IMG/VR virus record: IMGVR_UViG_3300028583_001558
DNA length: 64,000 nucleotides
Reading direction: 5' to 3' (one strand)
Source: a virus
The notes below the pieces were generated by a model. The model made no database searches. It worked only from the letters and a program-made list of their open reading frames with translations, and had not been told where the DNA came from. Positions 1 through 8,923 of this stretch are shown in pieces. A program made the translations under genes and the position numbers. Numbering within the stretch: position 1 is the stretch's first letter; each line of letters begins with the position of its first letter.

Positions 1-442
1 TAACTGACTCTTCATTAAAGTGTACATCCTGCGATGCTTGTTTAATGATGTTCTTAATAGTGTTTCTTGATAAAAACTGACGAAGGGTACGGATGTGGTC
101 GTAGCAGATTTGTTGTATACGTTCTTCGCTCTCTACCTCTACCATGCCAAGTTCAACTGCTTTGAATAACGACTCATCATCAATGATGTTTACACGAAGT
201 CGTTGTATGATAGTATCTCGGTCATGTTTATACCCTGACGGTTCTTCTAGCATATATAGAAGTGTATCTCTAAGGGCAATGAGTGTGTCTTTTGACGATC
301 CTGATACCGCACTGTTGAAGGTTGGTTTAAGTGCCTCTATTACATCTTTGATAATCGATTCAGATTGACCGCTATTATCCTCTAATTGACCCTCGCGATA
401 CAGCAGCATAATTGCTTTTACGAGTAAGAGTTTTGAGTCCAT
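1..442 (-). CDS. DnaB-like replicative helicase, N-terminal part (phiKZ gp118-like), runs off window start
   Basis: Manual translation from ATG at 442 (RBS AGGA) gives MDSKLLLVKAIMLLYREGQ..., open to the window edge; this divergent position upstream of the capsid gene matches phiKZ-like gene order. The helicase motifs lie outside the window. Confidence 0.6.
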   Translation of the reverse strand, partial: MDSKLLLVKAIMLLYREGQLEDNSGQSESIIKDVIEALKPTFNSAVSGSSKDTLIALRDTLLYMLEEPSGYKHDRDTIIQRLRVNIIDDESLFKAVELGMVEVESEERIQQICYDHIRTLRQFLSRNTIKNIIKQASQDVHFNEESV

Positions 443-496
443 GAGGTTTCCTATTGTATAGATGAATCACACGCAACTACCGTTTAAAGGCCCTTT

Positions 497-1030
497 ATGA
501 ATTATGTCATTATACCCCATTGGCTAAAGCAAACTTTAGCGCGTCTGGGCGAGCCTCTCACCAGTGTGCTGGATATTGAGAAATTGTCGTCTATACTATC
601 ACCCGAAGATGTTCAGTTCTACCAAGCTTGTTGTTATAACACGCTTATGAAGCTAGGTTCTAATGATATCGTTTGGCTTAACGCATTAGCAGCAAGTTTT
701 CCTCATGCTACTATTAAAGGGTTGCCAGATGTTCCAGAAGACGGCGCACGCATTAAACTTATGCAGCACCAGGATACCGCTAGTCAGGCGCAACTTTTAG
801 TCTTCGGGCAAACATTAGGAAGCGCCATTGAGTCTATCTCTATGAAACCCTGCCTAATCGGCACGGATACTATAGGCTTATGCGTCGAGCCTAGTGAAGA
901 ACCTGTAGTGGTTGTAGATTTATATGAGGAACTGTTCAACATTCTTCAGATACGCTATAGTCATGGCGACATACTAAAGACGCCACTGTATACCAGCTAC
1001 GTTGCGATGCAGCTGCGTCACGCAGCGTAG
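497..1030 (+). CDS. Hypothetical protein (phiKZ gp119-like position)
   Basis: 177-aa ORF between the helicase and major capsid genes. Confidence 0.6.
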   Translation: MNYVIIPHWLKQTLARLGEPLTSVLDIEKLSSILSPEDVQFYQACCYNTLMKLGSNDIVWLNALAASFPHATIKGLPDVPEDGARIKLMQHQDTASQAQLLVFGQTLGSAIESISMKPCLIGTDTIGLCVEPSEEPVVVVDLYEELFNILQIRYSHGDILKTPLYTSYVAMQLRHAA

Positions 1031-1129
1031 TCATCCGCATTTTTAACCTGTAGAAGCAAACTCGTGTCACACACTGTATGAGACACACGCTTCTTAATAA
1101 TCCACGTTAATGAAAGGAAAGGTACGATA

Positions 1130-3292
1130 ATGTCCCTATTAAGCATCAAGAAAAAGGCAACTGGTTTAGGTGCCGCTCAAACAAGCATCTCCGCGCTTCT
1201 GCAGGGTCAAGGTGCTGATCTGTCTAACCACACCATCGCGAACAATCTTGTGGCATTGGAGTCTTTGGACGACAACGCACGTACGGATCTTGAAGCGTCT
1301 TTTGAACACGGTTCACAAGAGCTTAACACTGTACTGAAAGATACGCTTGGTGAAGATTTCCGTGTAAACGAAATCGGTCTTGAAGCAGCTGCAATTGCTC
1401 TACTTGCTAGCGGTAACCCTGCGGTTTACGCTCAGAAAGCAATGCGTGTTTCTACAGAAAGCAACGCAGAACTTCCAGCATTTGGTTCAGCGGGTTCAAT
1501 GGACTTCCGCCTAACGCCTTCTAACGAAGCGTTCGATGAAACTGAACTTCGTAAGTTTGCTCCACACTCAATTGTATTCAACGCCCTTGCTGCGGTACAA
1601 GACCCGTTTGCTGAAGCATTCTTCCCAACTTACGTAATGTCTCCTGACAACGCAGGTGCTGAAGTATCTGTACAGCGTACCATGGTTTTCAATGAAGTTA
1701 CTCGTTCTGCTACTGGCAGCATCACTAACTTCGGTAAAGTTAACCTAGTAGAAGCGGTTCAAGATGCAACTATTCTTGAGAACCAAACTACTGCACTTGT
1801 TCCAGTTTACCTGGCTGACGACAGCCGCGCTGACTTCTTCGTAGACACAGACGTACTAGCACCTGTTGACACTAAAGTTGACGGTGACGAGTTCAAGACT
1901 TCTGCACTTCGCGTAGACACGCAAATGGATCTGGTTTCTCTTGCAACTGGTCCTAACCGTATCAATGCACAGATCGACAGCACTGATTCTATCGACGGTC
2001 GTGTTGAACTTAAGACTGTTTACGTTCTTGTTCGCGATGCCGCTAACCAAGCCGATTCATCTACTGGTGAATCTGACGTTCTTGAGATCCAGGTTAAAGG
2101 TCTTCCACGTACTACTTTCCAGCCTGCTGCTGAAGGTGATAGCCGTGAAATGACACTAACGTTCTCTAACAACGCGGTATTGCTTGCTAACGACACTAAA
2201 GGTGTTGATGGTTCTGCTGCTGCTGCACTTAGCGGTCTTGGTGACAACGTTGCGTCTGTTGACCTTAAGCTTAACGGTACAATTAACGTTGAAACTGGTG
2301 CACTTGAAATCAATGCATCACCTGTTCGCGTTAACGGTCTACACGACGCTAGCGGTACACCTATCTCTACTAGCACTGGTGCTGGTAAGACTGCTATCGA
2401 CAGCTTCTCTATGGAAGTTATCGGTTACAAATTGGACGCGCGTCTAACTAACGCTAACCGCCGTACTCGTGGTATCTTGATCGATCGCACTGAAGTTAAA
2501 GAGCGTTACACTGTACCACTAGGTGCACCTATCTCTGCACCTCAGCCTGTTCACGGTGCTAGCGACAGCGCTTCTGATCTACGTGCTCTTATTACAACTG
2601 CACGTACACGTACTTCAAACAACGCGGTAACTACTCTACTTAACTATGTAGATAGCCTTCGTTCAACTGTTGCACGTGCAAGCGCAACTGGTGCTGCTCC
2701 ACAAGTACAAGGTATCGGTCGTCTTCTAGTGAAGCCTTACTTCCAAGAAGAAACTATCGATGCTAAAGCAGTGATCAACTCTACCAAGTCTCATGAGAAA
2801 GCAGCTGACTTCTCTGCGGTACTAGTAGACGCCATTCGTCAAATAGCTTATAAGATGATGGATCGTTCTAACTACGCAGCAGCGCTAGAAATGGAAACTG
2901 GTGGTACTAGCGTTAAGCCTAAGTTGATCATCGGTACAGATAACGTTATCGCTCAGCACATCATGGTTTCTGGTGATGAACGCACTGCAAGCATCGGTAT
3001 GGACTTTGAAGTTGTATCTTCACCTGATTCTCGTATGAATGGTAAGATCGTTCTTGGTTTCGGTCGCGGTGCAAGCGGTAAGCCTGATGCACTTGGTTTT
3101 GGTACTCACTTCTACATGCCTGAGCTTACTAGCACAGCGCAAGTTTCACGTGACAATGCTACAACTAAAGAAACTCAGGTTCAACCACGTGACCTACACG
3201 TTCCACACCTACCAGTATTGGGTGTGATCAACGTGTCTAACATCGACGCAGTCTTCACTGACTACATCGGTGGTGTACCAACACGTAGCTAA
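1130..3292 (+). CDS. Major capsid protein (phiKZ gp120-like)
   Basis: 720 aa, strong RBS (GAAAGGAAAGG), strongly biased codons; resembles phiKZ-type MCP (QDPFAEAFFPT, GYKLDARLTNANRRTRG, LPVLGVINV); xxE maturation motifs in the N-terminus. Confidence 0.9.
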   Translation: MSLLSIKKKATGLGAAQTSISALLQGQGADLSNHTIANNLVALESLDDNARTDLEASFEHGSQELNTVLKDTLGEDFRVNEIGLEAAAIALLASGNPAVYAQKAMRVSTESNAELPAFGSAGSMDFRLTPSNEAFDETELRKFAPHSIVFNALAAVQDPFAEAFFPTYVMSPDNAGAEVSVQRTMVFNEVTRSATGSITNFGKVNLVEAVQDATILENQTTALVPVYLADDSRADFFVDTDVLAPVDTKVDGDEFKTSALRVDTQMDLVSLATGPNRINAQIDSTDSIDGRVELKTVYVLVRDAANQADSSTGESDVLEIQVKGLPRTTFQPAAEGDSREMTLTFSNNAVLLANDTKGVDGSAAAALSGLGDNVASVDLKLNGTINVETGALEINASPVRVNGLHDASGTPISTSTGAGKTAIDSFSMEVIGYKLDARLTNANRRTRGILIDRTEVKERYTVPLGAPISAPQPVHGASDSASDLRALITTARTRTSNNAVTTLLNYVDSLRSTVARASATGAAPQVQGIGRLLVKPYFQEETIDAKAVINSTKSHEKAADFSAVLVDAIRQIAYKMMDRSNYAAALEMETGGTSVKPKLIIGTDNVIAQHIMVSGDERTASIGMDFEVVSSPDSRMNGKIVLGFGRGASGKPDALGFGTHFYMPELTSTAQVSRDNATTKETQVQPRDLHVPHLPVLGVINVSNIDAVFTDYIGGVPTRS

Positions 3293-3424
3293 GCCTACTT
3301 CGGGGAGGGTTTCCTCCCCAACGCTTCATTAACAATCTGGTTAAAATGCGCTTGCGTATTACAAAACAAAAAAAGACAATGCCGGTTTAATTACCGTTTT
3401 AAATATCACTTAGTGTGGTTAAGT

Positions 3425-3471
3425 AACACCTGGGGACTTAAGGTTCCTGGGTGTTATGCCGTCTATGCCGT
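3425..3471 (+). terminator. Hairpin + TTATGCCGT element (tandem motif copies)
   Basis: AACACC..GGTGTT stem with G-U pairs, then TTATGCCGT (3454) and CTATGCCGT (3463). Confidence 0.6.
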
Positions 3472-3489
3472 CTCGACGATACTTCAGAC

Positions 3490-3498
3490 CTACATTAC
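3490..3498 (+). promoter_or_regulatory. CTACATTAC putative early (virion RNAP) promoter
   Basis: Intergenic; one mismatch to the phiKZ early consensus TATATTAC. Confidence 0.5.
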
Positions 3499-3554
3499 TA
3501 GAGTGGTCTTTGCGCTAAGACCATTAATAGGGTTAAGTTTAGAGAATACGCCAA

Positions 3555-4679
3555 ATGGACAAATCTAGGAAAAGGGGGCATTTTACACGTATAAGATCAA
3601 TGGAAGCGTATAAGGAAAATACGTATAGTCAGCCGCGACATGCAGCACTGCGTGTGACTGAAAGCTATTATAACTATACAGGTAAGGTGCTATATCTCTC
3701 TCACCGTAACAACATTATGTTTCCTCTAACACTAGAGGATAAACACATGAACATCCCATCGGCTCATGTAGGTAAGCTTATTGTCGAGCAAACCTTCTTA
3801 GTCGCCTATGACCGTGTGGATGAATTTATCAACCAGCTAATGATTGACGTAGAAGAAGATGTTAACAATCAACACTGCGAACAGCAGCGCGTTATCGAAG
3901 CTATTACATCAGGAGACCATATAGAGAAACATAAATCAGGATTGAAGTTTACTATCCGATACATCATTGGTGGTAGGGCGATCTCAGATCACCCTAAAGG
4001 ACTTTACTTAACTAACCTAGACGTTTGTATTGGGTTAGACGGGAACGACGTTAGACATCCTTACTCTGGTAAGGACGCAACCAGTATCTTCACTCAACAT
4101 GAGAATGATAGAAAAGCATTACTACGAAGTAACTTTACAATCACGCTGATAGATAATGCCAAGCGGTTCGATTCACTGTACATCAATATCCAAGGGGATG
4201 TGATGGAGATTAAACCTACCATGTCAGAAAGCCTTGAGGACGGCATCTGGATACATCGTAGCTCCCACACATCGCAAGCTGGTGAGATTAACGGTATCTT
4301 TGTCAACGGTCCTACCACAAGCCATTACGAAACGTTAGACTGTTTGAATCCAGATAACGTAGATGCACCTATGATTTACTACAACCCCCAAGAGTGTCTT
4401 ACTTATGGGGATGAAGTTAAATTGTTGGAGAAGAAGTATCAGCTAGAGAAGCAACGGCTAGATAAAGAGGCAGCTGAAGCAGAAGAGCGTGCTAAACGTT
4501 TAGAAGAGTCACGTAAAGAACGTGATCATCAAAGGAAGATTGAGGAGTTGGAAAGAAAAGCAAAAGTAGATCGAATGAAGGATGAGCGTAGCGTTGGTGT
4601 GGAGATCCTTAAAATAGGCGGCGCATTAGTAACAGGCATCGGTATTGCATTGGCGGCAGTGGCTAAATTCCGAGACTAA
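3555..4679 (+). CDS. Hypothetical protein with C-terminal coiled coil and hydrophobic tail (phiKZ gp122-like position)
   Basis: 374 aa; E/K/R-rich helix followed by ILKIGGALVTGIGIALAAV; preceded by CTACATTAC. Confidence 0.65.
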   Translation: MDKSRKRGHFTRIRSMEAYKENTYSQPRHAALRVTESYYNYTGKVLYLSHRNNIMFPLTLEDKHMNIPSAHVGKLIVEQTFLVAYDRVDEFINQLMIDVEEDVNNQHCEQQRVIEAITSGDHIEKHKSGLKFTIRYIIGGRAISDHPKGLYLTNLDVCIGLDGNDVRHPYSGKDATSIFTQHENDRKALLRSNFTITLIDNAKRFDSLYINIQGDVMEIKPTMSESLEDGIWIHRSSHTSQAGEINGIFVNGPTTSHYETLDCLNPDNVDAPMIYYNPQECLTYGDEVKLLEKKYQLEKQRLDKEAAEAEERAKRLEESRKERDHQRKIEELERKAKVDRMKDERSVGVEILKIGGALVTGIGIALAAVAKFRD

Positions 4680-4776
4680 GCGTTAAGAATTACAGAGAAC
4701 ACTAACCCTATGGTGATGCTTAAAAAGAAGTGTCATTATGTCCGAATGTAGACATAACTGATCGGAGGATGATCTA

Positions 4777-6393
4777 ATGGATCAATATTTATTTACACAC
4801 ATACACGAGCAACATGTGCCTAAGTTCAATCCCCTTTTGGCGGAAGGATTGGTCGTAGAGCAGATGCGTGGAGTCGAGGAATACATCGACCATGTGTGGA
4901 AATGTGCAGCAAGAAGCTTTCCAGAGGGATTTACGTACGATGGAGAGTACAAACGAGCGACACCAGAGCAGCAGTATAACTACATGACGCGCAAGCGTTC
5001 ATCGCGTGCTGAGTTTAATCTAGCACCTAGTGACTTCTACGCTGTTCAATTTAACTTCAGCTATCAAGGCCAGAAGTTATTCCCACGTCTGTTACAACTT
5101 CCGTTTGTTGGACCAGGTGGTTTAATACGTGTAAATGGTTCTAAGTATGTTATCAATCCTGTCATGGTTGATAATCTTTTCTCTGTTGATGATGGTAAAC
5201 TATTCGTTGCGTTAACACGTGACAAACTTACCTTTGAGAGGGTCACGCACAACCTGGTCATCGATGGTGTAAAAGAAACCTTAAGTATCCCATGGAGTAC
5301 TATTTACCATTTACGCCAGAAAGATAAAAACTCTAAGATTATCTACATGGGTGGACTCCGCCTAAATATGGTAAGTACCTTAGGTCATTATCTGTTTTGT
5401 AAATACGGGGTAACGGAAACCTTCAAACGTTTCTGCGGTATGGATGTAGTGGTGGGTGATCGTAACACGATTAACGAGCAAACCCACCCTAAGTCTGAAT
5501 GGATGATTGTAGAGAGCTTACATTTACAGCCTATTAGCGTTAAGGGTAAGGGCTACAGACCTACTCAAATACGTGTAGCGTGTAAACGTGATCAACGCAG
5601 TCAACTATCAGACAACCTACTTGCAACCTTCTTCTACTTAGCAGATCATTTTACTCAGCGTATTCGTCCGGAGTACATTGACGATACACGTTTATGGCGT
5701 GTGTTGATGGGACATGTTATCTTCAAGAGTAAAGTGAATGAAGGAAGGCTCTTAGAGGACATCGACGCTCACCTGGTGAGTCTAGATTACTACATTGATG
5801 GATTGGTACAGATGAACCTTGAGAAGGAAGGGGTAGAGTGTAAAGACATTTACGCACTATTTGCTTATATCATCGAAACCATGAATGAGATTATAGTCAC
5901 AACGGACGTTTCTAACCTATACGGTAAGAAGCTAACAACATTGAGATATATATTACTAGATGTGATAAAGGCTATATTCAATTTCACCTTCAAGCTAAAC
6001 TCCAATAAAAATAAAACACTAACGAGTAAAGACATCGAGAAACTAATGGATAAGTATCTTAAGTTTGATACCATCCGTAAGATTAACACCGGCCATGGTG
6101 AAGTAAGTTCACTATCTACCGCAGGTGATAACCTTATGTTTAAGATGACTAACAAAGTAGTGCCTCAGACCGATGCGACTGGCTCTCGTAACGGTACGAA
6201 GACTAAACCATCTAGGTTACTGCATGCCTCGCTAGCAGAAGTATGTAGTTATGGTAATCAGCCTAGTTCCTGCCCAACAGGCCATGGTCAGATTAACCCT
6301 TACTTAAATGTAACACCTGATGGTGAGATTATACCTAATCCAGAGTTTGCCGATTTGATTGACTCAGTACAAGCTAAAATTGCACGCACGTAA
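4777..6393 (+). CDS. Non-virion RNA polymerase beta subunit, N-terminal part (phiKZ gp123-like)
   Basis: 538 aa; PKFNPLLAEG, LQLPFVGPGGLIRVNGSKY, RLLHASLAEVCS and GHGQINPY segments; size and position match gp123. Confidence 0.8.
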   Translation: MDQYLFTHIHEQHVPKFNPLLAEGLVVEQMRGVEEYIDHVWKCAARSFPEGFTYDGEYKRATPEQQYNYMTRKRSSRAEFNLAPSDFYAVQFNFSYQGQKLFPRLLQLPFVGPGGLIRVNGSKYVINPVMVDNLFSVDDGKLFVALTRDKLTFERVTHNLVIDGVKETLSIPWSTIYHLRQKDKNSKIIYMGGLRLNMVSTLGHYLFCKYGVTETFKRFCGMDVVVGDRNTINEQTHPKSEWMIVESLHLQPISVKGKGYRPTQIRVACKRDQRSQLSDNLLATFFYLADHFTQRIRPEYIDDTRLWRVLMGHVIFKSKVNEGRLLEDIDAHLVSLDYYIDGLVQMNLEKEGVECKDIYALFAYIIETMNEIIVTTDVSNLYGKKLTTLRYILLDVIKAIFNFTFKLNSNKNKTLTSKDIEKLMDKYLKFDTIRKINTGHGEVSSLSTAGDNLMFKMTNKVVPQTDATGSRNGTKTKPSRLLHASLAEVCSYGNQPSSCPTGHGQINPYLNVTPDGEIIPNPEFADLIDSVQAKIART

Positions 6394-6440
6394 CAATCAG
6401 ACTGTAAACACACTACCGACAAAAAACAACGAGGTCTCTT

Positions 6441-8540
6441 ATGTACCCCGGTAATTTACCCTTTGATCCTAACGTACCTAATCAGCAGTTCTTTATTCAA
6501 GGACTGCCGTATTCAGTACCTGGTCGTAATCCCCCTAACGGATTCCCAATGCAGTTGGGTCCAGATGCATTTAGAATGCTGGACGGCTACCTACGCCATA
6601 ACTTACAAGAGCAGGCAACACGTAATCCTCTGCGTGTGTTCTTGTATAATCAAATGGCGAACAACATGTATAACAACCAAGCATACGAGGATATGCTTAT
6701 TTCATCTGGCGGCTTCTTAGAACTTGTAATGAGTTCAGGTAATCAAAACCTAGAAGGTGCTTGTCAGATGGTTGCCCAGAAAATGACAGGGATCTACGCA
6801 TCGGTTAACGCAATACAGTTCCAACCGTTGCAGCAATTGGTGCAGGATCCAAACATCATCAATTCTGTACAGTCCACACTTGCTGAGTTTGAACAATTGA
6901 AGCAGCAGATTATGCAGTTTCAAAATCAACAGCAAGGTGGTGGTCGTCAGTGGGGCAATCAAGGTGGTGGTTTTAACCAAGGTGGTTTTAATCAAGGCGG
7001 GGGCTACAATCAAGGTGGTTATGGCTATAACCAGGGCGGTGGCGATCGCTATGCCCCGCGTACAAGTGGATTTAACTCAACGAGTGGGTTCAATAGTCAG
7101 TCAAACTATCAGGGTAATAACTATGGCGGTATGAATAACGGTGGTTCATCGATGTTCACTAACCAGCGCACACCTGCTCGTTCGACAGTAGATACTGGTC
7201 GTCGTGGTGGATTGCACAACTACGAAGAAGTCGATGTGGGTAAGACGGATAAGAAACCAGCTACCAACACCGTAGAATCTTTTGGGCGTGGTCGCTGGGA
7301 TACCCCTGAGATTAAACCTGCTGAAGATGTGTCGTTTGACAATGAGTTATCGTCTAAGTACGACGCACCGCTATACTACACTGATCTAGCTGCCGGTATG
7401 AGTACATTACCTACTCTACCTGTTAACATTTTACACAACCCTAACACACACGAACGTATTTACTTACCGCACAAAGACGGTTACGTCGTGGAAGTCATTA
7501 AAGAAAAAGGTGAATTCATGGATTACGAACAGCACGAATTAGATAAAGCCCTTACTACTCAAAATCTAGGTAAGCCTAGTGGTTCTCCTCAAGGTGACGG
7601 ATGGGGGAACTACCATTACGTAAACGCCACAGCGACAATCCTATCGGATGAGGCTGAGGAGGATGAGATGGTCCCAGCAGTACAGCTTAACAATCTAATT
7701 GATGCGCATTCTGATCAACAAGCCGAGTTCTATTTGCGTCAAGCGTTGATCAGCAAGAACATCAAGATCCCTGAGGACGCTATCTTGGAATTCCAATATC
7801 GTCAGTTAAAACCGATTGCTTATCGTGTTGATCGCGAAGGAGCAAATGATCTGGTTGCAGCAGAGACGATGGGTGATTTCATTAAGACTATGAACGGCTT
7901 AGATATGCCTGAGCGTTTCTGTGGTCAAATTGCTAATCGCGCTATCAGCATTATCAACGATGCACTTAACTACTCGCTGTCTATTGATTGGACTATAGAT
8001 GAGTTAGCTGACTTCGATGATCTATTAACTGAAATCGAAAATGAACACGGTGAGCGTACGCGCAAACTGTTTGAAGATAAAGTTAACGATCTACTATCGC
8101 TTATCTTCTCTGCTGTCCCTGCAGGTGATGTAAGTAACTATCTACAATCTACCTACGATGCTGAGCGTCTTAAAGACAACATTGTAGAATTGGCAGAAGC
8201 TACCGACTTATCGGGCTTTGTAGAAAACATCGAAGACCCAGACATCTTAGATCTAACCAAAGAAGACTACGCTGTGGTATTCCTAGCAGATGTCATCTCT
8301 ATTACTCAGGTTCCTTGGAGCCTTAAAGAAATGGAGCTTAACATCTCTAAAGAAACACCTATTGCATCGGTCAAACAATCCGTTAACCCAACTGAGTTTA
8401 AAGTGTTAAAAGATCTATTCTCTCGCACAGGCGAGTTGAACGTACGTCATTACTTCATCGACACTATCGATGGGTACCGCCTAAAAGTACTGCCAGGCTG
8501 GCTAAGTAAAGACTACTACGCATTGGGACTGTGGGGATAA
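6441..8540 (+). CDS. Hypothetical protein with a Q/N/G/Y/F-rich low-complexity region
   Basis: 699 aa; GGFNQGGFNQGGGYNQGGYGYNQGGG repeats around aa 160-240; acidic C-terminal domain. Confidence 0.75.
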   Translation: MYPGNLPFDPNVPNQQFFIQGLPYSVPGRNPPNGFPMQLGPDAFRMLDGYLRHNLQEQATRNPLRVFLYNQMANNMYNNQAYEDMLISSGGFLELVMSSGNQNLEGACQMVAQKMTGIYASVNAIQFQPLQQLVQDPNIINSVQSTLAEFEQLKQQIMQFQNQQQGGGRQWGNQGGGFNQGGFNQGGGYNQGGYGYNQGGGDRYAPRTSGFNSTSGFNSQSNYQGNNYGGMNNGGSSMFTNQRTPARSTVDTGRRGGLHNYEEVDVGKTDKKPATNTVESFGRGRWDTPEIKPAEDVSFDNELSSKYDAPLYYTDLAAGMSTLPTLPVNILHNPNTHERIYLPHKDGYVVEVIKEKGEFMDYEQHELDKALTTQNLGKPSGSPQGDGWGNYHYVNATATILSDEAEEDEMVPAVQLNNLIDAHSDQQAEFYLRQALISKNIKIPEDAILEFQYRQLKPIAYRVDREGANDLVAAETMGDFIKTMNGLDMPERFCGQIANRAISIINDALNYSLSIDWTIDELADFDDLLTEIENEHGERTRKLFEDKVNDLLSLIFSAVPAGDVSNYLQSTYDAERLKDNIVELAEATDLSGFVENIEDPDILDLTKEDYAVVFLADVISITQVPWSLKEMELNISKETPIASVKQSVNPTEFKVLKDLFSRTGELNVRHYFIDTIDGYRLKVLPGWLSKDYYALGLWG

Positions 8541-8597
8541 TAACCCACACGTCACTACCCCTTTAAAAGGGCGTCTGGTGTTAGGGCCAGACATTTT

Positions 8598-8628
8598 GGA
8601 GAGGGGGTTTTGCCCTCTCCATTTTTTT
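8598..8628 (+). terminator. Intrinsic terminator
   Basis: GGAGAGGG-GGTTTTG-CCCTCTCC stem followed by ATTTTTTTG. Confidence 0.7.
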
Positions 8629-8658
8629 GTCTTCAATTATAAAAATAAGGAATGTCTC

Positions 8659-8859
8659 ATGTTCTCTAAACCCCGTATGGATGCTGCTCTAGTAGCAGCT
8701 ATGGCTTCTTCTTTTTCTAATGCTCCAATTACAGCTAAACGATCTAGTTCCGGTAGGGTCAGGTTAGAGGACGAGGCTGCTCGCAATAAACGCATTAAAG
8801 GACGTAAGCGTGCTAAAGTAGCAAGACAACAGCGACGTCGTAACCGTAAGTCCGATTAA
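8659..8859 (+). CDS. Small basic protein with Arg/Lys-rich C-terminus
   Basis: RBS AAGGA before ATG 8659; 66 aa ending KRIKGRKRAKVARQQRRRNRKSD. Confidence 0.65.
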   Translation: MFSKPRMDAALVAAMASSFSNAPITAKRSSSGRVRLEDEAARNKRIKGRKRAKVARQQRRRNRKSD

Positions 8860-8879
8860 AGCGCCTGTATCCCATTGTG

Positions 8880-8913
8880 ACGGCATAAAGTAGGGTAGGT
8901 GATCCTACCCTAC
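8880..8913 (-). terminator. Hairpin + TTATGCCGT element
   Basis: GTAGGGTAGG/CCTACCCTAC stem after the portal stop; motif at 8880-8888. Confidence 0.65.
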
Positions 8914-8923
8914 AACTTATGCG

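Noticed and set aside
144-368. Short + strand ORF and many other 60-120 aa ORFs overlapping long genes
   Set aside because: They are shadow frames antisense or out of frame to well-supported genes (here the helicase) and lack RBS or family motifs.
1064-1090. TATG within a GTGTC/GACAC inverted repeat upstream of the capsid gene as a late promoter
   Set aside because: Plausible given the phiKZ late consensus, but a 4-nt motif cannot be supported from sequence alone.
6940-7040. AATCAAGGTGGTGG(T/C) short direct repeats as a possible CRISPR or DNA repeat array
   Set aside because: The repeats are imperfect, in-frame and encode GG(F/Y)NQ; there are no unique spacers or cas genes.
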